The notes under the pieces: generated by a model
Seen by the model: the letters and a program-made list of their open reading frames with translations, nothing else
Told to the model about the DNA's origin: nothing
The model's database searches: none
Shown: piece by piece, positions 1-11,800 of the stretch
How the letters are laid out: each line of letters opens with the position of its first letter
Position numbering within the stretch: position 1 is the first letter of the stretch
Origin: Amoebophrya sp. A120
Lineage: Eukaryota; Protista; Dinoflagellata
Direction: 5' to 3'
Assembly: GCA_905178155.1 (NCBI GenBank)
Contig: CAJINV010000032.1
Span: 18,110 to 46,379, forward strand
DNA length: 28,270 nucleotides
Program-made: the position numbers and the translations under genes

Positions 1-905
1 GGTCAAATCCCGCTTCGGGCGGGCGCCCCCGCGAGGGTCAAATCCCGCTTCGGACGGGGGCCCCCGCGAGGGTCAAATCCCGCTCCGGGCGGGCGCCCCC
101 GCGAGGGTCAAATCCCGCTCCGGGCGGGGGCCCCCGCGGGGGTCAAATCCCGCTCCGGACGGGGGCCCCCGCGAGGGTCAAATCCCGCTCCGGGCGGAGG
201 TCCCCGCGTGGGTCCAATTCCGTTCCGGGCGGGGGCCCCCGCGAGGGGCAAATCCCGCTCCGGACGGGGGCCCGAGGGTCAAATCCCGCTCCGGACGGGG
301 GCCCCCGCGAGGTTCAAATCCCGCTCCGGAAGGGGGCCCCCGCGAGGGTCGAATCCCGCTCCGGGCGGAGGCCCCCGCGAGGGTCAAATCCCGCTCCGGA
401 CGGGGGCCCCCGCGAGGGTCGAATCCCGCTCCGGGCGGAGGCCCGCGCGAGGGTCAAATCCCGCTCCGGACGGGGGCTTCACGAGGGTCTAGTCCCACTC
501 CGGACGGGGGCCCCCGCGAGGGGCAAATCCCGCTGCGGGCGCGGGCCCCCGGGAGGGTCAAATCCCGCTCCGGCCGGGGGGCCCCCGCGCGGGTCTAGTC
601 CCACTCCGGACGGGGGCCCCCGCGAGGTGCAAATCCCGCTGCGGGCGCGGGCCCCCGGGAGGGTCAAATCCCGCTCCGGCCGGGGGGCCCCCGCGCGGGT
701 CAAATCCCGCCGCGGGCGGGGGTCCCCGGAAGGGTCAAATCGCGCTCCTGGCGGGGATGCCGCCAGGGTCGAATTCCCGCTCCGAACGGGGGCGCCCCGG
801 GGCCCGCGCGAGGCTCGAATCCCGCTCCCGGCCGGCGCCTCGCGGGGGTCAAACTCCCGCTCCGGGCGGGGACCTCCTCGAGCGTCAAAGTCCCGGGCCT
901 GGCCG
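1..905. repeat. GC-rich tandem repeat, 35-bp unit GGTCAAATCCCGCTCCGGRCGGGGGCCCCCGCGAG, running off the left edge and degenerating after ~700
   Basis: Units start at 1, 36, 71, 106, 141, 176, 211; palindromic GGGGGCCCCC core; a 3-unit block (~485-590) is duplicated at ~591-696. Confidence 0.97.
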
Positions 906-1988
906 GGTTTCGCGAGGGGTTTTCCCAGGGACCGGGCCGCCGACAAACAAGCGCAGGTGGTTAATGGCAACAAAAACGCAGTAGTCAACGCAATACAGGA
1001 GAGTAAGATATCGCTGGACAGAATATGGTTATCAGATCGCAAAAAAAAATATTTGAAAGACCGACGTCAGCGCCCAGCAGGTTCAAACTTGATACACAAC
1101 CGATTTTATTATCGAAAAGCGGATGCGCATGCGGAGAGCATTCGTAGTACATTAATTGTAACGACAAGGAAAATATGCCTTCGCACGCAACACGAAAGCT
1201 GCGTAGGTGCTACAGGGCCACGTTTATCAATCCGTCTCCGGTTTAATCGTAAACTGGTGAAGAATTGCTTGACAAAACGCACATCCAAGCAGGAACATAT
1301 CTTCACTTCTTGTTCGCAACAAAGAGAAAACCGATTCTGTGCGTCGAAAACGAGACAAGTGAAACAGATCCGCACTATCTCAACAACACGCATTACAAAT
1401 TTCATAGAGTTTTTGTGTGACAATTATGCTCTCATCAATCCATTGGCTACACCGAGAAATAAGTAACCGACTCGCATGTGACCGAGGCGAAAGTGTGGGA
1501 AGAATCTTGTTCACCGAGGATTCGAGTTCTGCAGGGACGTGGAGGTGGAAGAACATAGCGTAAAGAGTCAAAAAATGGCCAGAGCAGCACTGCTGTCTGG
1601 ATTCCGTCTCCGTGCCAAGTAGTTTTTTCTTCGAAATAAAGCAAAAAGGCGCCGTCAACAAAATGTTGATGTATGCATGTATGCAGGGTGTGCGTAATTG
1701 TCAACAAAAGGTTGAAGAACGTCATTGCCAACAAAAGGTTGGAACAATGCGAAAGAAGAATTTATTCCGTTTTTTTTATCTCGAGCATTTACGTACCACG
1801 AAGGGCTACTTTCTTCATGCTGTATCGGTGTCCCTGTTGTGCGTAATGCGTTTTCGCAAAGCTGTGCATCCGTAGCGCTGCGTTCCGTCAGTTTCATTTC
1901 CAACAGCGAGCCTCGGCAGCGGTAGAAAAGAATGCTGTAGAAGTAGAAAAGGCTCGTGAGAGCAAGTCGCCGCAGTGCTCGTGCTTCG

Positions 1989-2300
1989 CTACCGCAAGCA
2001 CTGTTGCTTTCCGCGATAGCCCGACAGAAGATGTTTCCGCTGTTCTGCGATGAAATTCTTTTTGAGCTGCGCTGACGAAACTTCAGTCCTCCGCTGCTTT
2101 CTCCGCACCACCACAGGTTTACTTACTCGGCTGGCTCCTGCGAAAGTTCACAAGAAGACCGCCAGTCGCCTCATTCAGGAGCCAGAGAAGGTTCTCCTGT
2201 TCTTCGCCCTAAAGGGACCACGCAGGATCGGAAAAGTGGAAGTTGCTCGTCAGCTGAAATTCGTGGTGGTGGTTGGCTTTGATGTATCAGCCACTTCTTC
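1989..2300 (-). pseudogene. Disrupted copy of the 2839-3180 ORF
   Basis: Minus-strand translation HEFQLTSNFHFSDPAWSL*GEEQENLL...KPVVVRR...EQRKHLLSGYRGKQ aligns with HEYQLTNGFYLSDPAAPFTPSCEENLL...KPVMRR...EQRKHLSGYCEKQ; in-frame TAG at 2211-2209 and an apparent 1-nt frameshift near 2265. Confidence 0.35.
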
Positions 2301-2838
2301 TCGTTATCAACCCCGCATGAGCAGCACGCACTTACCTCCTTAGCCAGCAGGTGAAGAAATGTGTCGTACTAGCGGATGCCGACACCGACATCGGCGACGC
2401 GAGAAAGTTAATGCGCGGATAAGTAGTAAGTTGCTGGCACCCAGCAGTCGCTAGTTGTAGTTCGTCCCCGGGGCATTTAATGACCCGAAATTCTGGCACG
2501 AGTGGTGCGGCCACCCGTTGTGCCCTTTCTGGAAACAGCTATTCTCGTTTATTTCAGCTTCATCAGCCGATCTGCACGAGCAGGGCCTTGTCCACTTACA
2601 CCAGAAACAGTAACAAGGGTAAGCCGTGCTGTAATCATGGAGTTCTCTGTCGTCGCCGCACATGGTGCTCGGGAAGCGGAAGTGATGGGGCCGCGACTGT
2701 TTTCTGATCCGCACCTACACCTGGTTCGGGCACTACGAGGTATTCCGCTTTTCAGCCAAAGGTGATCCCGAGTTTCAGCCGTATCACGTGGATCCGATTT
2801 TCAGCCGGAGGTGAATCCGACATATCTTAGCACCGCTT

Positions 2839-3180
2839 CTACTGCTTTTCACAATAGCCCGACAGATGCTTCCGCTGTTCTACGACGGAACTTGTCTCGA
2901 GCGACATCTTCAGAGCTGCAGTCGGCTCCACCTCCATCCTCCGCATCACAGGCTTATATCTGGGTGGCTTTATTGCGACCAAGGATTCACAAAGAGACTG
3001 CAGATCGCCTCCTTCGCAATCCACAGCCACAGAAGGAAGGAGATTCTCTTCGCACGAAGGCGTAAACGGCGCGGCAGGATCGGACAAGTAGAAGCCGTTC
3101 GTCAGCTGGTATTCGTGGACAATGGTCGACTTTGTGTGAGTTTGCGCAGCAGCACGCGCCCAAAAAACATGAAAGCGCAT
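2839..3180 (-). CDS. Hypothetical protein or gene fragment (113 aa ORF)
   Basis: Supported only by protein-level similarity to the diverged copy at ~1989-2300; no recognisable domain. Confidence 0.3.
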   Translation of the reverse strand: MRFHVFWARAAAQTHTKSTIVHEYQLTNGFYLSDPAAPFTPSCEENLLPSVAVDCEGGDLQSLCESLVAIKPPRYKPVMRRMEVEPTAALKMSLETSSVVEQRKHLSGYCEKQ

Positions 3181-4996
3181 TCCATCCGCTGGACCGGTTT
3201 GAAGAATCCGGCAAACCTGTTTTGGAGATTTTCAAACTCATGACCAACTCTAGGCGAGATTTGTATAAAGTCGATACTACATGTAGTTGTGGTTTTTCAG
3301 ATTTAATACAGATGCGCATCAGGATAAATTCAAGTGTAGTAGTACCACTGCACGTTCCCAGCTGGTGCTCCTCCAGGAACGGGGTAGCTTCCGTAGAAGT
3401 CGCTGTCGGCCACGGTTTTGCGACTGGATTTCCTGCTTGTTTCTTCTTGCCAAAACGACCGCTTCAAATGCGATCTGCATATTACCAACTGCTTCTCCTG
3501 CCACGACCAACTCCAACGTCCAGCAGAATCAAAGCTTCCGTGGTCTCTCGTCTCGCTGACAGGATTGAGTATGAAGAGCGGTTTTTTGTTCCGCCGGACG
3601 TCCGCCAAACGTGCAGTGATTACGACGCGGGAGGAGAGGCCAGTTGCTTCGCTACTGAAAAGCTGAATTTACCACGTGCCTCACGCTATCCTGCTTCGTT
3701 CTTTCCTGTGCATGATTGCTCGATCGAAGATTTTCAGATTCCTCTTCCCCCACTGCCGACGACACCCCGCGATTCGGGACAAACCAGAGGTCTGCGGAAT
3801 CAGCGGATGAGGGAATGGTTCGCACACAAGAAATCCGATCCACCCTAACATCGTTTGAAGGGACAGGGCATCTCTACGACCGAACTCACCCGCTGTTCGC
3901 GCGGAGGTCGTCGTGAGAAGCCGGAATTCGTCTGCGCGGCATCTCGCTAGTAGTCGTACTTACTGCGCACTGGAGATGAAACTTATGCTTTTCCGATCTT
4001 CAGTCAGTTCTCGCACAAGAACATTTACATTTGCTAGCTGTCTGCACTCCACTCGCCGCTCTGAGATGAGTACTGGTCTTTGCCAGGAAGGTTGTTTCCC
4101 GGTCGGTGGTACCACGATGATGTACAAAAATATGTGGCCACAGTTGTTTTCCCGGTCCCTGTTGCTGGTACTGTAGTTGTATGTTGAGATGAATTTCAGG
4201 TTTGTTTTTTGGAGGACGAGACGATGACGATCTTTTGTTGATTTCGTAGGTCTGCTGCGAGGAAAACGATGAAAAACGGTTGGTGGACTTCTTCTGCTGC
4301 TAGTCGTTGAGGACCCTGTTAATCTAGTTTTGGTTTTTCGAAAAAATTCACTTGGCACCACCAGCACCAGTGGCACTTGTAACTCTTGTTGTGTTCGAGT
4401 TCGGATACGGATCCGATGAAAGCTCCCGCGTAACCCCACAGGACGGAGTCGTCAGTTGTTGGAGGATGGAGTCACCGTGTACTTATTCGAAGGTAAGTGG
4501 TGGCATTTCGCATTCAATCTTCTACATTGCGTCGTAGTATTCGTTTTACGTTTTCGTACCCATACGACCCGCAGTTGTTCAGCTAGCACGAAGCGGAGGA
4601 TGGGTATAGGTAGATCTTGGTATTGCTGTTTGCGCCGGATGAAAATTACGAGGGCTGGTTACTCACTGTGTCGAACCAGGTACTACTGCTGTCTGCGTAC
4701 TGCGAGAAGTAGTGTCGCGGTGGATCACGGGTTGCGCAGTCTTGCGTAAGCAGCCAGGTTGTGGTCCTTTTCGATGATAAGTGAGTCGTGTTGTTTCATT
4801 TTGTGTAGAACCGCAGCTCCGGTCGTGTTGAAAATGTAATTTCGATGATGTCGGTTTCTGTTTCAGTCGAGGAAGACGAGAAAGTTCTTGAACTGGTTGT
4901 CCGGTAAAGAAGAAAAATGTAGTTGGAAGAAGCTGTTGTTTGTCCTATGAAGACACGGTCAAAATGAAACAACCGTCGAATTTAAAACCGACCCTT

Positions 4997-5276
4997 TATC
5001 CTGAGCAAAAACGTCCTCACCCCAGAGTCAAGATGGGAAATCCGCTAGACAAATCAGCCACCTCTGGTTGTTTCGCATGACAAGTTTATCCTCGTAGTGT
5101 AATCCTGTTCAGCTAGTTCCGAAGCATCACAGATCTAGCATATCATGCTGATTCTAGCATTACAAATTCCAAAACAGGATTAAGAAAATGGTTCTCATGG
5201 GGCTCCGCATGAGAAACTTTTTTGGCATACAGATTTGCATGACAACCCTGGTGTGGGGACATTTTTACTCAGGATA
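4997..5276. mobile_element. IR introner/MITE family B, outside CDS
   Basis: TATCCTGAGCAAAAACG...CATTTTTACTCAGGATA; 5-bp DR CCCTT/CCCTT. Confidence 0.92.
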
Positions 5277-5516
5277 CCCTTTTCAACATCGTCACCGGCG
5301 AGCATTGCACGGCTTCGTAGAGGTAGAGATTGATGTAGGGTTTGAAGAAAGCTTGCTTCTTTATCTGGTGGTTTATTCACTGCGAAGATTCTTCTTCACG
5401 GACTGGAAGCTTCAACATGAAGATCTGGTCGAAGTAGAAAAGTCGATTCTTTTTTGTTATGTTGTTTTCTTTCTAACTCGGAGTCGCGTTACGGGGATTT
5501 GCTTGGAGAAGACAGG

Positions 5517-5775
5517 TATCAACTGTAAAAATGTCTGGGCCTGCAAATTTGTGATGCATGGCAGTGAAAAGAAAGCATACTGTAGTGCGCCGCCAGGCAT
5601 GACAAATTTATCCTTGGCTCCCTGTTGCGTATTCCGCATGACAAACACCGTTTTTGCATGACAGATAAGAGGAGCTCTTGCTGGTCACGCAATACAGAGC
5701 TCCGCGTCATGCCCGACTAGCATGACAAATGCAAACTCCGCATCCTTCCAGACCCAGACACTTTTGCATTTGATA
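5517..5775. mobile_element. IR introner/MITE family A, outside CDS
   Basis: TATCAACTGTAAAAATGTCTGGG...CCCAGACACTTTTGCATTTGATA; DR ACAGG/ACAGG. Confidence 0.92.
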
Positions 5776-5836
5776 ACAGGTTGCGAAAGATGAGACGCCA
5801 GAAGGATGCTGCGAAAAGTCGGCTGCTTTAAGTGGT

Positions 5837-8800
5837 TCACTTCTTCTTAGCGGCAGGCTTTTTCTTCGCGGCAGCCTTCGCGGCCGCCTTTTCTTCCTTT
5901 TCTGCCTCCTTCTGGGCTTTCTTTTTCGCGGCCGCTGCAGCCTTTTCAACTTTCTCTTGCTCCTTCTGCGTATCAAATGCAAAAGTGTCTGGGTCTGGAA
6001 ACTTGTGTTGCTGATACTTGCATTGCAAACTTGCTGCGTGTACGGCATAACAGCATGAGAAATTTCCCTCGGCATTCCTTGGGGATTTCATTCGTATTTA
6101 GCATTACAAACTACCATATCCAGCACGACAAAAAAACTGGCCGATGGCATTCATGCATTACAGATCTTGTTGTCCTTGAAGTCCTGCATCACAAACCCAG
6201 ACCCGGACACATTTGCAATTCATACTGTGCCTTCTTGTCCTCGTCAGCCTTCGCCTTAGCGGCTTTAGCGGCGGCTTTTATCAAAGTGAAAAATCCCCCC
6301 TCCCCATACTAAAAAGGGATACTCCTGAAGATTTGTGATGGTGATTTGTAACCACAAATCGTCTCTGCATTGCACGAAGGCAACCCCAGCGACTCCGCTG
6401 CGTTGCGCAGGCAATTTGTGACGGTGTATCGCCTACAGAGGATGTGCCTGCCTTGCTAGGTGCCTACACCAAAACGCCCCTCCTCAGGCTGCGCACCTGC
6501 CTGCAGTCCTCTACTGCAACACAAAGCCGATTTGTGTACACAAATCCCGCATCACAGATTTCCATTTTGATCTGAGGCGGGGGGATTTTTCATTTTGATA
6601 GCTTTCGCGGCGGCTTTCTTCACCTTCTGGTCGTCTTTGTATGCCTGTTATCCTGAGTAAAAACGTACCCACACCAGAGTCAGGATGGGGAATCTGCTAG
6701 ACAAATCAGCCAGCTTTGGTTGTTTGGCATGACAAGTTTGTCCGCGTAGTGTAGTGCTGTTTGAGCTAGTGGAGCAGCATTACAGATCTAGCATCTCGTG
6801 CTGATTGGAGCATGACAAATTTCAAAACCGCATTAGAAAATGCTTCTCATGGGGCTCCGCATGAGAAACATTTTAAGCATGCAGAGTTGCATGACAACTA
6901 TGGCGTGGGTACGTTTTTACTCAGGATACCTGTACGGACAGACCAGCCGCAGTGGCAGCCTCCTTGATCTTATCAACTGCAAAAATATCTGGGTCTGGAT
7001 GAATGCCAGACTTGTCATGCAGGTTGTCCATGACCCATGAGGTTGAGGTCTCGGTCTGGTATGTAGGACATAGCATGACAGATTCTGTGAGAGTTCTATC
7101 ATGCCTATCCTGCATGAGAAACTCCCTCTCGATTAGGTCAAAAGTGGACAGCTTTTGGTAATCATGCAACACAGATTTTTACATGTTTCAGATTTAGCAT
7201 GACAAGTTGTTTTGTTCCAGACCCAGACATTTTTGCATTTGATAGATCTCCGCATTTTTCGCCGCCGCCTTTTCCCGCCTCTCCAGCACCTCTGGCTCGA
7301 AATTTTCCAGGGCCCGCTTCCACTTCGTCCCATTCCATCCTGGATCGAACAGTTCGTAGCCGTCGGCCAGCATCCGGGCAATCCAGTCCTTCTCGGCCTT
7401 ACCAATGTACAGGTGATAGCGTGTTCGACCACCAAAGGTTGCTGTGCTGTACTTTCTGAGTTCACAGAACCCTATGCAGTGCAAATATCTTCGATCTGGG
7501 TTTGGATGGATGCAGATGTCTGTCATTCGCATCCTCCCACAAGGCCTAGGCCATGCAAAGGGCCTTTAGCAATACAAACTTTCCAATAGGCGTGGGCCTG
7601 TAGGCCTAAATTCCGGTCGGTTGGTCGGTCGGTTGGTTGGTTTTGGACAGACGACAACTGACCGAACCCGCTCCATTGTGTTTTGTGTTTTTCTGAGATT
7701 CATCTATTATTACTGTTGAAGCTGCCTACCTACCCACCTACCTGGCGTCTTTTCGATTCATTGTAGTACCGTGATCGCACCGATCCACCTACCTACCTAT
7801 CCCTTGCCACCCAGAGACAGCTGCCTACTGGTCACGCCTACCGACCTACCCACCCACATGGTGGGTAGGTGGGGCGAGGGAGCGCGCGCTGCCTATTGGC
7901 CACGCCTACCGACCTACCGACCCACCAGCCTGGTGGGTGGGTGGGGCGAGGCAGGGCGCGCTGCCTATTGGCCACACCTACCGACCTACCCACCCACCTC
8001 GCTGGTGGGTGGGTGGGGCGAGGGAGCGTGCGCTGCGTATTGGCCACGCCTACCGACCTACCCACCCACCAGCCTGGTGGATGGGTGCGGCGAGCAAACG
8101 CTGTCTATTGGCCACGCCCACCGACCTACCCACCCACCTCGCTGGTGGGTGGGTGGGGCGAGCGTGCGCTGCCCCTTGGCTACGCCTACCGACCTACCCA
8201 CCCACGGGCCTGGTGGGCGGGTGGGGCGAGCGTGCGCTGCCTATTGACCACGCCTACCGACCTACCCGCCCACCTCGCAGGTGGGTGGGTGGGGTGAGCG
8301 TGTGTTGCCTCTTGGCCACGCCTACCGACCTACCCACCCACCTGCCTGGTGGGTGGGTGGAGCGAGCGCGCGCTGCCTATTGGCCGGGCTGCCGAGCGAC
8401 CTACCCACCCACCAGGCAGGTGGGGGTGTGGGGCGAGCGTGCGCTGCCTACTGGCCACGCCTACCGACCTACCCACCCACCTGCCTGGTGGGGGGGGGCG
8501 GGGCGAGCGTGCGTTGCCTATTGGCTACGCCTACCGACCCACCCACCCAGCTGCCAAGCGGGGGGGGGCGAGGGAGCGTGTGTTGGCTATTGGCCACGCC
8601 TACCGACCTACCAGCCCACCTGCCAAGCGGGGGGGGAGGGGGTGGGGCGAGCGTGCGTCGCCTATGGCCCAATCTATTAGCAGGGGGCTTGCAAGCAAGG
8701 GACTCGCGAAGCCAAGGGGTTGCGCAAAAAGCCCCCGCTCGGCTTGACCAAGCGGGGGCTGATCCAAATTTTGCGCGAATTTGTCTCTATTTCCCAAGTG

Positions 8801-11800
8801 TGTTTTGCTTGGGTTGAGGAAACGCAGGCCGTGGCTGGAGAAAAGTGCAGCATTGGAGCCCCGACCTCTTTCTATCTCACAGGCGCAAACTCTCACGAGG
8901 CCCCCTGGAGCTCCGATTGCGTCCACGCAGCACAGATCTGTGTCGGCAGCGAGCTGCGCGCAACACTGCTTTGTGTTGCGCGCAACACAGATGCGCGCCC
9001 ACGCAGCACAGATTTGTGTCTCCGGCGAGCTGCGCGCAACACAGATGTGCGCGCAACACGCAGCACAGATTTGCGCGCAACGCCGATTTGTGCTGCGCGC
9101 ACGCAGCGGAGATTTGTGTCTGCGGCGAGCTGCGCGCAGCACAGATCTATGGCGCGCGCAACACAGATTGGCGTCCACGCAACACAGATTTGCGTCTGTG
9201 TTGCGTGGACACATCGAACTCTCCTTCTGCCGAGACCTTTCTGCCGCCCTGGCGGAAGTGCCTACTGGGCGGCGATAGGATGCGGCGCTACCAGCCTCGC
9301 AGGGGCGGGCTGCAGCCCCGGTAGGGAGGCAGGTGCGCCGCGCGCCCCGACCACCCCCCTATCGTGTTTCGCCCTCCTTGCCGTTGCGGTTGTCTTCTAA
9401 ATCCGAAACCGATATGCGTTTTTCCATAAGTCGGAAATTCGGTCAATTGTCGTCTGTCCAAAACCAACCAACCGACCGACCAACCGACCGGAATTTAGGC
9501 CTACAGGCCCACGCCTACTCAAACTTTCAGAAGGATATTTGTCAACACGACGGCCTTAGCCACATAAAACGAATCTCCTTCTTCGGAGACAAGAAATGCA
9601 CTGCTTGTGCAATGCACTACTTACTTGTGCTTGTCTCCGTGCATGAGAAATTTTTATCTGATCCGAAATGCGCATCACAAGTTAACAAGTACTGCATCCT
9701 CCAAGAGGTGGACCCAAGTCGATATATTTGCAATGCATAAGCAGGAAACACAGCTGGTGCGGAGACTGTGGCTCGGCATGCCCTATATACCCGATTTTGA
9801 ACGCTTTGAGCTGCTCTAGGCGTCTTCCCCATCTCGAATAGTGAATAATGGTCACGAAGAACGCCGTTTTCGTGCAGGCAGACCGCATCGTCTTGGTGGT
9901 AACACCGTCGCGGTGTGTATCTACAAAGGTAAACGCACGAAGTCCGGACTTGGTATACCGCGCTGACGACATATACGCCTCTGCGATTTGGTTCAACAAA
10001 AACGTTGGACCTCGGCCAGTCTCCCAAATTTGTTTGAAGAGACTGGCCGCAGTGCGAAAAAGGTCATCTTTATGGAAAGAAAAAAGTTTGTCACAGTCAC
10101 TAACTTGCAGGTTTTGCATTACAAATTTTTTTAGCATCACAAGTTTTCCTTGTATTGCAGAAACACTAGGGAAAACCCCTATGAAGCTTGGCTGTCATGC
10201 ATTTTTACGCATGACAGCCAGTTTTGTATTGCAAAAATGCGCATGAGTAATCGTGACGAACTTTTTTTGTTTGATAATCTTTGCGGCTCTCGGGTTGCCC
10301 TTTCGCGAACTTTTCCGGGTTCTTCAGGATCACCTCGAGCGCAAACGACAAGCCGAAGTTTTTGTCGTCGCCGAAGAATCGTAGAAGCAACTTATCCTGA
10401 GTAAAAACGTCCCCGCCCCAGAGTTGTAATGCAGATTTGCAAAGACGGGAAGACTTGTAATGCGCCAGCCCATGAGAGCCATTTCGAATCTTGTTTTGGA
10501 ATTTGTGATACTGTAAACAGGATGCCAGGATGGATTTCTGATGCGGTTGTCCTTGATGCTAACCCGCATTACAGTACAGCGAAAAACTTGTCATGCGTGA
10601 CTCCCAAAACTTCTGGATCTGTGTTGCAGAATTCCCAACTTGAGTCTGGGGCGGGGACGCTTTTACACAGGATACAACTCAACTGACGTCCATGCGGTTT
10701 TAGTTGCCCCCAGAGACTTTGGTTTCCCGAAGTGCTGTATGACAGTGCACAACACCCCCTCCCCCTCCTTTGTCATGCAAAAACCTACATCCAGCTGCTA
10801 TTATCTTGGGGCCCCGTGTGCATGACAAATTCCGGAAATGATCCAAACAGTACTACTTACTTACACTCGGCGCATGAAGAACTTGTCATGCACGGGGTCC
10901 ACCAGCTGATGTGCTGGTGTTTGTAATGCTGTTGATGCCATAGTACAAATGAGGGGGAGGGGGAGTTGTGCAGTCTCATATGCATTTCGGCCCATTCCAG
11001 ATCCTTCTCTTCCAGCGGCGTGTTCTTGTATAGGTGATGTCTGGATTCGGACTTACTCATCCCTGGGAGGCACTTGGTACCCATGAACGCCATCCGCGTC
11101 AGGTGTCTGAGCCATGCAAGTGCTTCGTACAGCGTCTTGGACTCTTCGATCTTTTCCATCATGTACACGCTCCGGAAGTCCAATTCGGTGTCGAACTTAG
11201 ACTATCCACTGCAAATATAATCGATCTGGGTCTGGACACTTCTCTTGCTCATCCCTGCATGACAGACTGGCTGCTTCGATACGGCATAACAGCATGAGAA
11301 GTTCTTGTTTTCCTCAGCATGATTTCTTGCGGATGTCAGTCGTCTTTAGCATCTTACAAACTGTGATGCATAAAGTAGGGCTGAGTCGTACTTTATGCAT
11401 CACAAATTTTTCTGTCGTTGAAGTCCAAATTTTTTTTTATCTCATCACACGTCCTTGAAGTCCAGCATCACAAATCCAGATCGATATTTGCAGTGCATAT
11501 ACACCCGTACCGCGTTTGAACCGGCGGACAAAAAAACTTATCCTGTGCAAAAGTATCGCACTCGTAGTAATCGCAATCATGCATTACAAATCTCACTCCT
11601 AACCTAAATCCGCAGTACAAATTCGATTGTTCATGCTGAGGGGATTTGTCATGCGATCTATACTAGTACGATGCTTTTGCATTTCATAAAGCTTCTGCTT
11701 CCCCAACTCTGGTATCAACTGCAAATATGTCTGGGTCTTCTGGAAATTTGTGTTGCTGACACTCGCATCAGAGGGTAGAAGCCGCTTGTATACGGAATAG

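Larger units (their letters stand above)
7587..9517. mobile_element. Nested non-autonomous DNA transposon with 80-bp TIRs
   Basis: 7587-7666 (TAGGCGTGGGCCTGTAGGCCTAAATTCCGG...) is the reverse complement of 9438-9517 with one mismatch; interior is tandem repeats with no credible ORF; TSD ambiguous. Confidence 0.9.
7473..9739. mobile_element. Diverged family A introner enlarged by a nested element (intron)
   Basis: TATGCAGTGCAAATATC...GATATATTTGCAATGCATA; DR decayed (AACCC/AGCAG) but removing the element +5 nt joins PHQLCF to CELRKY in frame. Confidence 0.8.

Noticed and set aside
1-905. 35-bp repeats as a CRISPR array or telomere
   Set aside because: Units are head-to-tail with no unique spacers and no cas genes; the unit is not a short telomeric motif.
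1029-1410. Possible degenerate element (TATCAGATCGCAAAAA at ~1030; GCATTACAAA at ~1390)
   Set aside because: No matching opposite terminus or DR found.
3132-4749. ORFs 3132-3848(+), 3960-4439(-) and 4456-4749(+)
   Set aside because: No recognisable domain or supporting duplication; a weak or decayed gene cannot be excluded.
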